From contig NC_087437.1 in NCBI RefSeq assembly GCF_036321535.1, forward strand, positions 108,130,001 through 108,194,000: DNA of 64,000 bases. The letters are read 5' to 3'. Positions 25,500 through 38,840 of the stretch are shown here, in pieces (position 1 is the stretch's first letter; every line of letters starts with the position of its first letter). The position numbers and the translations under genes were made by a program. The notes under the pieces were generated by a model. That model had not been told where the DNA came from, ran no database searches, and saw only the letters and a list, made by a program, of their open reading frames with translations. The DNA is from Camelus dromedarius (taxonomy: Eukaryota).

Positions 25500-26552
25500 T
25501 TATTGAAGTATAGTCAGTACAATGTGCCAATTTCTACTGTACAGCACAGTGTTCCAGTCATGCATATACATACATATATTCATTTTCATATTCTTTTTCA
25601 TTAAAGGTTATTACAAGATATTGAATATAGTTTCCCTGTGCTATACAGAAGAAATTTGAATTTTACCTATTTTTATATTTATAGTAGTTAATATTTGCAA
25701 ATCTCAAACTCCCAAATTTAACCCTTCTTACCCCCTTCCCCCAGTAACCATAAGATTATTTACTATGTCTGTGGGTCTGTTTCTGTTTTGTAGATGAGTT
25801 CATTAGTGTCTTCCTTTTTCTTTTTTTAGATTCCACATATGAATGATATCATATGGTATTTGTCTTTCTGTTTCTGGCTTACTTCACTTAGAATGACATT
25901 CTCCAGATCCATCCATGTTGCTGCAAACGGCATTGTTTTATTCTTTTTAATGGCTGAGTAGTATTCCATTGTATAAATATACCACAACTTCTTTATCCAG
26001 TCAGCTGTTGATGGACATTTAGGCTGTTTCCATGTCTTGGCTACTGTGCTGCTCTGAAAATTGGAGTGCATGTATCTTTTTGAATTACAGTTCCTTCTGG
26101 ATATATGCCCAGGAGTAGGATTGCTGGATCATATGGTTAAGTCTATTTTTAGTTTTTTGAGGAATCTCGTACTGTTTTCCATAATGACTGCACCAAACTA
26201 CATTCCCACCAGCAGCGTAAGAGGGTTCTGTTTTCTCCGCATCCTCTCCAGCTTTTATCATTCTTGGACTTTTGAATAATGGCCATTCTGACTAGTGTGA
26301 GGTGATACCTCATTGTAGTTTTGATTTTCCTTTCTCTGATAATTAATCTTAGCAATGTTCTCCTAGGGGAGTCTACCTAAGCAATAGAAATAAAAGCAAA
26401 AATTAACCAAATGGGACCTAATTAAACTTATAAGCTTTTACACAACAAAGGAAATCATAAGTAAAACAAAATGACAACTTACAGAAGGGGAGAAAATATT
26501 TGCAAATGATGTGACTGACAAAGGTTAAATTTCCAGACCGCTCCTACAACTT

Positions 26553-26590
<38 letters not shown>

Positions 26591-26692
26591 ACCCAATCCA
26601 AAAATAGGCAGAAGACCTAAACAAGGACTTCTAAAATGGAGACACAAAAATGGCCATTATGCACATGAAAAAATGCTCAATGTCACTAGTTA
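25500..26692 (-). mobile_element. 5'-inverted (twin-primed) L1: antisense part ~25500-26345, inverted part ~26346-26692
   Basis: Minus-strand ORFs contain AKTWKQPKCPS and KTTMRYHLTLVRMA; orientation switches at ~26345; degenerate TSD at 25486-25501 / 26693-26706. Confidence 0.9.
26553..26588. repeat. (AAC)12 microsatellite
   Basis: Directly visible. Confidence 0.97.
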
Positions 26693-28699
26693 CCAAATTT
26701 ACTTTTGAATACTATAATTTCTAACCTTTGGGACTGCCTTTGCTATCCGTTAGGCACAAGCTATGGTTGTTTATGTTTTTATGAAAACTTCAGTAAATAC
26801 TCCATCTCAGTGTAATAATTGAAAAACATACTTAAGCAAACATAAGTTACTATCAGATAGTCATGGAAAACCCATGCTAGTCTGTTGCTAAATTTTTAAG
26901 ATGGCAAAAATATGTAAACAAAGGAACATCCATCTCTGGGTAGGTGCACACGTGCAAGGTGTTCACACACAGGTGTTTTTCACAGAAAAATCACAAGGTT
27001 ATGGAAAATATTTTGACACAATTATGAAACTGGCTTAAGAAAAAGTAAGCCAAAGAACAAACTCATCTTTGGATGAAAAAAATATATAAACCAGATTCTT
27101 CAGAGATAGGTGCCATGGCCAGTTTTGTTCCCCATCTTAATTAAATGTCCCTTGATATCATTCAGAAACAAAACACTTGGTTATACAAGCCATTAATTTG
27201 ATCCAGTATAGTAAGTTATCATGAAATCTTCACAAGGGTTGAGCTGTAAACAGCAACTTATACAAATTATTAATCACTTTTTGAGCTAAAAACCAGAGGG
27301 AGTAAGCTATTTAGAGAATCTATTATTAAAAACATGTCTGTAAGTAGAAACGGATTTTTAACAATTCAATCACACTAATTTTCTACTTTCTAAGTTTAAG
27401 TTATGAATTATAATAGTTGATATGGACTTAGCGATCTAATCAATTCTGTATTTTACTCATTGCTTTTCACTCATCAATTACACTAGTGTCTCAGAGACAT
27501 TACATAAATCTGAAAGAGTGTTAGCACATGTTTTACAGAATACCTCCATCTTTACAAGCACAGAATTAATTTCGACTCTTGAGAAGTTCTTATCAGTTTT
27601 CAGGTTCTTTCCCACTTTTAGGAGAATGAGAGATTGGCAATTTCAATTATGTTAAGTAGAGGAAAATTATGTGACTGTAAATTTTAGTTATCAGGTAGAC
27701 ATTATTCTGAGTAAAGAAGATGACTGTTAGTCTAGTTATTTCTTTCTATACTAAATAACAAAATAAATGTTTTAAGTCACTTTATGCCTTGAATATTGTA
27801 TTTGTCAAGATAAATCTGTGTGTTTTAATTCTCACTGTGAGGAACTTTTTGTATAGACATTTCCTAATAATGTGTTTTCCAAGAGTTTTCCCCCAAGATC
27901 AGTAGCATAGGGGAAAAATATTTTTAAATAAATATTTATTCTTTTAAACTAGTTCAGATTATTAAGCCACTGGGAACTATCTATTTGTATAAAAGCAATG
28001 CATTTAATATAATCACATATTTAGTAATGTAGACTCAATGATTATTATATAGTAATATTGGCTATTTATCATCTGATATTCCATGTTTTAGAAAGTATTA
28101 AAACAACATTTCTTTAAAATAACATGTGGTTTTAATTCAAATTTTCTAAAATTTGTTTAAGATCATAAAGATCTATAGACACATTTTATAATTTTTCCAT
28201 TATAAATGTCACAGTTGTTCAATTGTAAATACTAAATGGTAAATTCAAAGACAACATATACATGATATGTATCAAATTATTTGTCAATAATCTATGTTGA
28301 TTTTTCTATACTAAATTGAGAATGTCACTGACACTCAGACCAAGACTATACACTTTATCAGTAATTAATATAAATAGAACCATAGCAAAACTATATTTTA
28401 TGATGTACTGAATGTATTTCTTCCAAGTTTAAGTTCTTTCAACAGAGAACTTAATTGAGTGTTAACTCTTCTACATTTTATCCATTTCCCATCCTTTCAC
28501 AATATCTATGAGTGGTGCAAGATTTTATGATTGTACTTGAAAATCAAGACATCATTTACAGAATGACAGAGTGAGTGGAAATCTATGCAAGCACCTCTAA
28601 TGAGTTTTCATATTAATAGATGATTTTTCTATTAGGATGATTTTTTTTCTTTTTTCTATTCATACAAATGAAAAGGAAGAAAATGAGCTATCAGGAATC

Positions 28700-28895
28700 T
28701 ATTATGAGCCAGTTATCTATCTGCCATTGTGTATAATTCTTTCCATCACAATGTGAATAGTTACTATAATTCCCATTTTACAGAGTGGTAATCTGGCCTG
28801 TAAAACGTTAGATGTCCTATCCCAAAATGAGATACCCCAGAAAATATTATGGCTGGAGTTTGGTACTCAGATGTCTGTGAATTCTAGTCTCATAT
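28700..28895 (-). mobile_element. MIR fragment
   Basis: 'tactataattcccattttacagagtggtaatctgg' resembles the antisense MIR core. Confidence 0.6.
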
Positions 28896-29524
28896 GTTTT
28901 TAATACCTTTAGTGAGTGAATAAAATATTTCAGAGGCAGACACCCTCCTATCTTTAATTCTGTTCTCCCCATGGAGATGGACTATGCCTCTGTTATACTT
29001 CATACAATGTAATATGCTTCCAGGTTAAACCGATAAAACTGATTCCAGAAAATGAAAGAATAGAGGCCTGCTAAATTAGACTATCATACATCTTGAGGCT
29101 AGCAATGACTAATCCCAGACAGGATAATGATGTGATTATGGGATGACAAAGAGAAGTTTTGAGTATCCATTCCAATCTGTGTTAGTCTATTGATAAAAAA
29201 TGCTAGAGCTTGGATATTTGCTGTTCAAATCTCTGACACAGCTCTTTTCTAGGAGCTGTTTTGTGTAATGAGGGATGATGTGAACATCTGGGAAGTAAGC
29301 TGACCATCACAGGATGCTGTGGGGACATATCTTTAGGCACCAAATAATTTGTATCAGCTCCAGAAGAAACTTTGTTCTGAAGAGTATTATTTGGGAAGAC
29401 AGTTTCCAACAACAACAACAACAGAACTCTGTGGGCATACAACTATTAAATTTAAAAACAATCACTTTGTATTATATTTAATTATATAATATGCTTATCC
29501 TAAAGTTTAAGCCAACCCATTATT

Positions 29525-29702
29525 GTTAGAGTTTCTTACTCAAAAAACAAAAACAAAAACAAACAAACATCAAAAAAAGGTGTTCATTAACTAGATAGTG
29601 GAATCCTTTTACAATGTATATAGATAGCAAATCACCACAATGTACACTTTAAATATCTTACAATTTTGTCAATTATATACCTCAATAGAGCTGAGAAAAA
29701 AT
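29525..29702 (+). mobile_element. L1 3' terminal fragment
   Basis: 'ttttacaatgtatatagatagcaaatcaccacaatgtacactttaaatatcttacaattttgtcaatta...cctcaatagagctg'. Confidence 0.75.
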
Positions 29703-30380
29703 TCAACAGAATCTCAGAATAAACAATAATTTATTTTAGTGGAAAATAAATTCTAAACTCTTTACGTGTGTGTGTTTCTAAATTCTCTTAATTGCCTTCT
29801 ATCTTCTTTTCTTTAAGGGAAAATAGAGATAAGGATGCTGTTTGTTTTACTTGATGAATGACTTGTCATTTATTTTGCTCATGCTATTAATGGTAAAGGA
29901 AAACTCAATGTGTTATAATTGAAAAAGAAGATCTGGGCTTTATAGTTAAGAAGGTAGCGGGAAAGAATATCTCATATCAACTTGACTATTCAGTATGTGT
30001 GGTGAGATTTCTGTGAAGTAAAGCCCATTAATTTTATTGAAGTAATTATCCATTTGAATTGAGGTTGAAACAAAAATTATCAGGAGACAGGTGCACAGAA
30101 CATCATTAAATAGTAGGATTTCTTATGACTGAAAATAATCTGGATATATAAAAATATAAAAAGCTCATATATATATATATATATAATAAATTCAAATATA
30201 AGGAAAATCTAAGTTTGTCTATATTTTTGAGAAAGAGAAAGAAGAATGATGACAACTTTCTTACTTGCTTTCACCTGCATATTTGCCATGTAGTAAATGT
30301 GTGTATAGTGGAATATAGTCATTGAAATTTGTCTTCTCAGGATTAATTCTGTTCCCGTCTCCATTTTTTAAGGAACAGTG

Positions 30381-30800
30381 TGTGAGGCGTTGAATTGTGT
30401 CCCCCTCACACAAAGATGTGTTGTAGTCCTAACCCCTGTTACCTCAGAACGTAAACTTATTTGAAGTTATGATCTTTACAGAGATAATCAAGTTAAAAGA
30501 GGCTTATTAGGGTGGACTCTAATCCAGTATGACTGGTGTCCTTGTAAAAAGGGAAACGTTGAGAGAGACACACAAGGAGGATTAAAAATGTGAAGAGGCA
30601 CAGGGAGAAGATGACTATCCTATAAGCCAAGGAATGAAGCCTGGAACAGTTCATTCCATCATCACTCTCAGAAGGAATCAATCTGCTGATACCTTGATTT
30701 CAGACTTCTGGCCTCTAAAACCATGAGACGGTAAATTTCTGTTGTTTAAACTACCCTGTTTGTGGTACTCTGTCGTGCAACCCAGGCAAATTCATCCATA
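30381..30800 (+). mobile_element. MaLR solo LTR (MLT1B/C-like)
   Basis: 'ttgaattgtgtcccc', 'taatccagtatgactggtgtccttgtaaaaaggg', 'ccttgatttcagacttctggcctc'. Confidence 0.9.
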
Positions 30801-33244
30801 GTGCCTTCAATTTCATTAGCAAACTCCTCCCCTACCCTACACTTTATGGAGTATCTCCCGTCCACGTAGAGGCATGCTACCTGCCCAGTACCCTGGGTAC
30901 TCATTAGAGAGCCCTGATTAATAGTTCCTTCCTAGAACTTCTTCATGGGAACCACCTCTTCCCTAGGGTTTTTGGTGTTACAGAGAGAATGTCCATATGA
31001 GGAAGATAAAGAGACCAAGTTACAAGGGAATGTGGAGGCGAGAAAGAATGAGCAACAGTCAGGGAGAACAGAAGAGTCTGAATTACCTGAGCCAAGCTGC
31101 CGCTTCTAACCGGCTGTAAAGAGCTTCACCTGGAATGCTTAGCAATTAATGGGCGTTGTTGCCTTGGAGCGAGGGAGTTAGAGCTAGGATCCTAGCTCTA
31201 GCTCAGAAGGGTCTGATGATTCTGGCTAACATTACATGTGTTGGACTAAGTGTCTTCCATTCCCCATTTTTAAAAATGTACGCATACATGCACACACATA
31301 GGTATACACACAGTGATGATATTTTATAAAGGGAAACTCAGTTTTGCCTGTTAGTATCTATATACCTAGTCATCATGGTTACATTTCAGAAGGTATTATG
31401 AGAGCTGAAGGTTGGATTTTTTCATCCACTGTTTCTCAACTACTTACCCATGTAAGATGAACTTACCTTAAAGCTAATTAATACCATTGCTATATTTGCT
31501 GCATTTCTCAGTGAAACGGGTGCTAAGGTGTGTGCCCTAGAGGGGGGTCACTTGAGGCCAGTATGTAAAGGTGAACTGGGGAGGAGGGGATTGCGCTCAG
31601 CCATATCAGCACCAGTGTGATTGGTTGTGAGGGCTCGATTCAAATCCTGGCCAGACCAGGGCTGTAGGATATTTGGCCACCAAAATTATATATATTATAT
31701 ACATGGCAAATAGCATGACGGTGAAACACTTTGCTGAAACACCAAGACGCAATATCACATTCCAAAGGACTTCCTAGACTCTCTGCAAAATTTATAAAGC
31801 TGTTGGCCAAAACTTGTTGGCAATTTCCAGCCCCTCCCTATTTCTATTTGAGAGAGTTAGATTTTGAGAGAACTTTTCTCTGACAAGTTCTGCCCACTGC
31901 AGAAGAAGGAATGGGCATGGCCATTTTTTAACCCCAAGACTGGTGAAAATCAAAAGATATATTTTTAATATGATTACTTCAGAGAGAAGAAAGGGAAGAA
32001 GTGGATGTACCCTCCCTTAGCTCAAGATTAAAGAGAGTATCTCAATAGGACAACTCAGGGACCGTGATAAGTGTTTCTTATGATTGGTTGACAGGGTCAA
32101 CTGATGTCAGCCTCTATGTAAAAACTCTAAAGGGTGAGAGTCAGACAGGACAGCTGGTGATGGATGAACCAGGTGAGTAGTGGCTGATTAGGGAAGTCCA
32201 CCCCCAGTTGTCAATGCTGAAAGTGTGTGTGTGTGTGGTATGTGTGTGTGTGTCTGAATACACACATGCACATGTGCTCAAGAGAGCTGCCTGAAGGGGC
32301 AAATAGACTTGAAATAAAGACAAACCAGAAATGCTGCTAGATGCTCAGAGGCTGAGAAAAAAAAGCAGATGAGGAGCCAGAGAAGGAGTGTCTCCCCCCT
32401 GGAGGGTGAGGAGTGGAAGACAAGAAAGAGCCACAAGAGAAAAAAAGGGATCAGCCTCCAACCATTTTCACGTCCCCAAAATTATGCGTCTAGCTCCTCT
32501 TCTCACTCCCTATATGGGGACAGAAACCACTGATATCAGGAATGGAGAAAACCAGTAGACTCATAAGGTAAGAAAAGAGAACAAAGCCATTCACTCGGTT
32601 TCTGACCCTGACTGCTAGCATCCTTGTCTGTAGCAGGTCCAAATAAGGACAGTGGGGGAAAGCCTATCTTCACAGCAGTTAAATCTTGACAATTATAGTG
32701 GGATGGGGGCATTTTAATAACCAACCAAAGAGCTTTTTATTACTTGAGTTATACCATAAAAGAAGCATTCATAACAGGAAAAAATACTATGTAAATAAGA
32801 AGGGACAGTGAGAGACAAAATAGGAAAAGAATTTAACCTAATTTTTCCATCTATTAGGGGGAATTGTCTCTTATCAAAAAAAAAAAATACACAATAGCTT
32901 GATACACAGGCTTTATCCAAAAATCAGCTAGAAGGGAGCTATCTCATAGACGTCTGCTGAATGATTATGGGTTCTCAGTTAAATGGTGGTATCACAATTC
33001 TAAGCTTGAAAAAACAATTTATGTACACATTTTGAAAATATTTAATATTTTTTGTTCCTCATTTTTCTCATTTTTAGAAAGTTAATCTTTCAAAAGCAAT
33101 GTTAGTATATTTTACATCACATGATTGCTTAACACACATTAATTACAAAGACTGCTGTAAAAAATTGCAGTGACATTTAGCAGACTCAAACATCCTTTTA
33201 ATACCCGTTCAAAACAGCTTTCAAAAATAAAACATATTAAATAA

Positions 33245-33440
33245 AGTGGTGGAATTTTACTCAGCTGCATGACCTTCAGCCATTACTTAACCTTTTCATG
33301 CTCAGTATCTTCCTGGTAAAAAGTGGATAATACTACCTACCTCCTTAGGTTGCCTTGAGGATTAAACATGTTCATACATTAAAACATTTAGAATGATAAC
33401 TGTCACACCAAAAAAAAAAAAAGTGTGGGAATACTAGCTT
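33245..33440 (+). mobile_element. MIR fragment
   Basis: 'tacttaaccttttcatgctcagtatcttcctggtaaaaagtggataatactacctacctccttaggttg'. Confidence 0.75.
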
Positions 33441-35329
33441 CATGATCAAAAAGCTGTACACGATACTAGAAAAATAACTCTGACCCTAATGAGTAATTAG
33501 TGCTCAAGTGTTCATCTATTTCTACTAACAAGACTATCATGAAATAAAGAGGAAAACGATTCAATGACTAACAAATGTTATTCTATACCTATTTAGGCAA
33601 AGTCATTATTTCCTGATTCAATCATAAATAAAGTGTGAATTCCAGGAATACCGCTTAACTCGAAGAAAGTAGTACCAGTGAAAACATAAACAGGATGCAT
33701 ATGTTAAGTACCAGTAATGAAGACGTTGCTTGCCTAGTTTATTTAAATGGAATGTAATATAAGCAGAGATAATTAAATTACTTACTATTATACAAACAAA
33801 ATTCTTTTAAAATCTGCCACAAATATCTGAAAACATTCCTTAGATTTTAATTCTTAATTACCTCAGTTTCTTTCTCACTATGAAAAATGTTCCTTTTCAA
33901 GTTGTTCAAGAAGCCACAAAGCAAATTGAATAGTTAATATATATTCTGACTTTTCTGTACTTAAAAAAAGCTCTTTATAATTGTTTTTTCTTTTCTTCCT
34001 TCCTTCCTTCTTTCCTTTCTTCCTTCCTCTCTTCCTTTTATTTTTAAATAACAATACTGTGGTTTAAGTATATGGTCTTGATTATTTGTTTTCAAATAAT
34101 ACCAAGCTTTTAAAACACATCGTCCCTTAACCTGTTATAACAGCAATAATTCTGATAGCTTGTCTAGTTATTAGGCTTTTGAATTGTGCTTCAGTTTTTC
34201 ATTATTATTTTCCATGACAATTTCTGCAAAGTGCATGAAAATCCTCAAGACCTAAAAAACACTTCATTTCCATGATTAGGTATCTCCCTGCTGCAAGTGG
34301 AGAAAGAATTTAAGAATATCTGTTCTATTAATAATAATCATGGGACATAGTGACCCAGAAACCAAATCTCAGTGCCTTCCCTGTATATTCTAGCTCTTTC
34401 CGTGAAGATCTTCTTATCTTTGGGAAGCCACATAGAGGTGACCACTATGACTCATCTTTGTGTCATCAAAGGAGACACAAAAATGACAAGTCTGATCTCA
34501 GAATCCTCAGCCAGGCTTGTTCTGATGACAGGAGTGATGGGAGAAGAGAAACACAGAGGATGGATGTTATCACTAACCAGGGCTGTTTCCAAAAGCCCAG
34601 GCAGTCAGCTTTTTATCTCAGTGCATAGCGTGAGCTTCTGCAACTGATTTCACATATTTTAGAGGTTGACCAGATTATTCCCTGGGCTCCTTCACCTGGG
34701 CCTGCCCCCATCTATCTGATCTTGGTGTTTGAATCTTACCACTCTGATAATGAGATTAGCTCAGAAAAGAAACCCAAAAGAGCTTTCTTTCTCTTCAAGC
34801 CTCAGCAGAGCTGAGTCACCCTGTCCATGATTTCCTTCTTCGAGACCTCTGCCTGGCTGCCCCAGCCCCACACCTCCAGAGGCAGGAGACCTCCCATGGG
34901 AGCGATCCCTCCGGGCGAGGCTCCCTACCCCAGCCTTAATGATAGGTTGATGGAGAGAGAAAAGGGAAGAGAATGATGAAGCAATCTTAAAGGAAAACAA
35001 AAAAGAGTCTAAGAAAGAGTTCCCTGCAGAGTGAAGAGTCCACTTTTCCTGGGGCTGTTCAATTAAAACACACTAGAATGTTTTGAAGGAAAATGCAGTT
35101 TACCAAATGGGGAATATTAAATCGTTCACTGTTATTCTATTTTAGAAAAACAACTAATAAAGTCCACAGCCTCAGAATACTGAGTAATGCCAGTGGTGCA
35201 ACAGAAATTGTTGATTGAATTAGAAGATGAAGTACTTCTCCCTGTGAAATCTCTGAGGTTATTGTCTGTTCAATATCCCTTCTCATATCATTTGGAAATA
35301 CCAGCTTTTTTTTTTTTTTTTTTTTTTTG

Positions 35330-35715
35330 AGAAACCAGTGCCTTCATCCTCAGTTCACCTGGTTTGGATGGTCCTGCTCCTTCCTGCCTAGGTCACCATG
35401 ATTTCATAATTGAGGCATGGCTGAGTAGATAAACACATCACAAAGCAGCATTTCACCACCTTAACCTCTTTGCTGGAAGCCCTAAAGGCGGTGCTTGTTT
35501 TCCCTGGATGCAGTTACTTTGGGAACATAGGGGTGAGGATGAGGCCCTGAACCCTTCCATGACAAAAATCAGCCCAAAATCTGGACTTCTCAATTATGTG
35601 ACCTAATATATTTCCTTTCTTAAAAAAAAAAAAAAACTTTTTAAAAAACTAATGGTTTTGTCTAAGACACATTAAGTAGGGTTCTGCTACTAAACCCAAA
35701 TGTCCTGACTGATAT
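35330..35715 (+). mobile_element. Old MaLR LTR fragment
   Basis: 3' end 'ctggacttctcaattatgtgacctaatatatttcctt...gtcctgactgata'. Confidence 0.55.
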
Positions 35716-37433
35716 GATCACCTTGAATTTTTACCACTAGTTCCAATCAAATTCAAATTGAATCTTGTTTAATTTCTTTAAGACCAGAGGGCAAATTGGC
35801 TCATAACTGTTTGAAACCAATGACACATAATACATTTTATTCTCATACTGAATTCAGTACAGCTATTAGTAATAAGAAATGTATTTTTTAAAGTATTTCG
35901 AAGATTCTACCCTTTTTATATTGGGTAAAAAGCATAGTTTCATGCCTTGGGGTCTTAATATTTTCCTGAGTTTTCCAACATGCTTCCGGCTTTCAGAACA
36001 TAGCGTTCTTTTCCTCCAGGTAATTACATTTGAAATAATCCGTGAGGTTATCAAGATTACAGCTGTATTCACTTGATAATTATTTCTGGAGAAACCACTT
36101 TATAGTTTTCTTCTCCTTTTTTTGTGAGTTCATAAAATAATAAATATCCAATGACTTTTTATGTTTGAAAAAAAACACTCAATTTATTTTCAAACATTGT
36201 GATATTGGCAAAATAAAAGAAGACTTTTGCCAAACAAATTTTGCTTGTGTGTTTTTTTTTATGGAAACTTAATCCATATGTTTCTCATTTCATTTACAAT
36301 TAGCTGACAAAAATGTTATTTTGCAAGAATTTTGATATCTAGTAGTTTCAAAAGTGTGCTTAAGTAATTTCCTCTTTTCTAAAGAATGTTAAAAGGAAAT
36401 CTGTCTCAGCCAATCTAATCTGATTTCTTGATTATTTAATTCTATTTGTGGATTCAGGTGGCATACTGTCAACAGATTAATCATAGTTTATTTTAAGAAA
36501 TATCTTTAAAATGCTAAACGGTTAAAACAATACTAGTGATGGTAGAAAAGAAAGAATCAAAGGAAGATGGCAGAAGTCAGAGAAGGAAAAATTATGAGAA
36601 AAATGGATAATAAAAATATAAGAGCCAAATGACTCAGTCCCAGGTCAATTTCCCGAATAACTACATGCTGTAAAACTTTGGGTCCCAGTCAGTTTCAAAT
36701 TTAAGATATAGAATAGGAAGACTTCCTAATTGTACGATAGAGAATGAGTTCTAAGTAGATGCTCAGTCCACCCACAGCAGGTCCTTGATCTGCCACTTTA
36801 TGCCCCTCCTTCCATCCACTCCATTCTGTAATGTATCAGAGTCCCACAACTGGACCCAAGTGAGGTGGAGCCCCCAGATAGCCCTAGCGTGAGACAAAAT
36901 CTCGCATTGTGTTCAAACTTATCAGACGAACGCATCATGTCATTTAGATGTGAAAATTCGGGAAAAATAATTATCTAGTGACACATTCTATGGGGGTCTG
37001 ATATTAGCGGTGATTGAAGCTAATATCTCATTTGATGAGCAAACATTTGCACTGGTTGAGAAATAATATATTCTTCATCATTTCTCTCCATTCTGAAAAT
37101 AAATTAGCATTACTGCTAATACATAACAATTACCAATTATTCACATATAGCAGGCTTTCTGCTTGGTGTTTTTCATGCATCATTGCTAGTCCTCTAAATA
37201 ACAGGAAAATTACACCTTGTTATGCGTGTTTATGGGAAAAAAAAACTCAATAGGATCATCCTTCACATGAGTTCCCACTGTTAGTATTTCAGGAATATTG
37301 TCTTTAGGAATATTTCACAGTCTCCCAACATTTCTGAACTACTTGCTACAAGTTACATTTCTTAATTCAGAATTAATAGGGATGTGTTTATATTACACAG
37401 GATTGTGTATAAGTATATATATAGATAGATTGT

Positions 37434-37434
<1 letters not shown>

Positions 37435-37484
<50 letters not shown>

Positions 37485-37504
37485 ACTATCTATCTAACTA
37501 TCTA
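37435..37504. repeat. (TATC)n microsatellite
   Basis: Directly visible. Confidence 0.97.
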
Positions 37505-37952
37505 CCCAAGCGTACCTTGAAGATATGGTGGGTTCAACTCCAAACCACTGCAACAAAGCAAATATTGCAATAAAGAGAGTCATATGAATTTTTTAGTTTC
37601 CTAGTGCATATAAAAGTTATGTTTACCTTATAATGTAGTCTATTAAGTGTACAATAGCATCATGTCTAAGAAAACAATGTACATATCTTAATTTAAAACT
37701 ATTTCATTGCTAAAAAATGCTAACCATCACCTGGGCCTTCAGCCAGTTGTAATCTTTTTGTTTGTGGAGGGTTCAAAATATTGTGAGAGTTCCCAAAATG
37801 TGACACAGAGACAAGAAGTGAGCAAATGCTGTTGGAAAAAAGGTGCCAATAGACTTGCTCAGCTCCGAGTATCCACAAACCTTCTGTCTGTAGAAAATGC
37901 AATATCTGCAAAACACAATAAAGAGAAGTGCAATAAAACAAGGTCTGTCCAT
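37505..37952. mobile_element. Internally deleted Tigger1 derivative (Tigger1a-like)
   Basis: Both Tigger1-type ends present: 'aagcgtaccttgaagatat...caataaag' and 'caataaagagaagtgcaataaaacaaggtctgtcc'. Confidence 0.85.
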
Positions 37953-38121
37953 GTACATGATACATATAATAGACATGTGCAACAAAGACTAAAGATACAC
38001 AACATCTACCAATGTTCCAACCGTCTTGTAGCTCCGTCACTGAGAACACACGTCTCCGAGCACATTGTAGGACTGCAGAGACATACGACTTGTTTTTAAC
38101 GTCTGGGCCTGGAATTGGCCT

Positions 38122-38264
38122 ACAGTTTGGTGACCAGAATAATGAATTGTTGGAGAGACAGTGTTAGGACCTCTCTACATCCCATAGGCCAGACTCAAGT
38201 ATATGATGTGGTTAAAACCCAACATTGTCTCTCCAATGGTTCATTCTTTTGGTCATCAAACTAT
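38122..38264. repeat. 44-bp imperfect inverted repeat with 55-nt spacer (possible MITE)
   Basis: 38122-38165 versus reverse complement of 38221-38264: 36/44 identical, no gaps. Confidence 0.85.
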
Positions 38265-38345
38265 TTCACTCTCTCCACAGACTGAACATACTTGCCAGCT
38301 CCCAAAAGAGTTAAGTTCTGTCCAATCTCATCTTGTCAATGCACA

Positions 38346-38840
38346 TTTTTTCATTGAAGTATAGTCACTTACAATGTGACAATTCTGGTGTACAGCACAA
38401 TGTCCCAGTCATGCATATACATATATATATTCATTTTTATATTCTTTTTCAATAAAGGTTATTGTAAGATATTGAATATAGTTCCCTGTGCTATACAGAA
38501 GAAACTTGTCTTTTTAATCTATTTTTATATATAGTGGCTAACATTTGCAAATCTCAAACTCCCAAATTTAACCCTTCCCATCCTCCTTCCCTGCTAACCA
38601 TAAGATTGTTACTATATCAAGTCTGTTTCTGTTTTGTAGATGAATTCAGTGTCCTTATTATTATTTTTTTTAGATTCCACATATGATTGTTTTCATATGG
38701 TTTTTTTCTTTCTTTTTCTGGTTTACTTCCCTTAGAATGACGATCTCCAGGTCCATCCATGTTGCTGCAAATGGCATTATTTTATTCTTTTTATGGCTGA
38801 GTAGTATTTCATTGCACAAATATACCACTCCTTCTTTATC
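38346..38840 (-). mobile_element. 5'-truncated L1 3' end
   Basis: Colinear with 25500-25996 (attgaagtatagtca...ttccctgtgctatacagaagaaa...tccatccatgttgctgcaaa). Confidence 0.92.

Noticed and set aside
37707..38099. 130-aa ORF as a transposase
   Set aside because: Read-through of a non-coding Tigger1 derivative into flanking DNA; no DDE or HTH motifs
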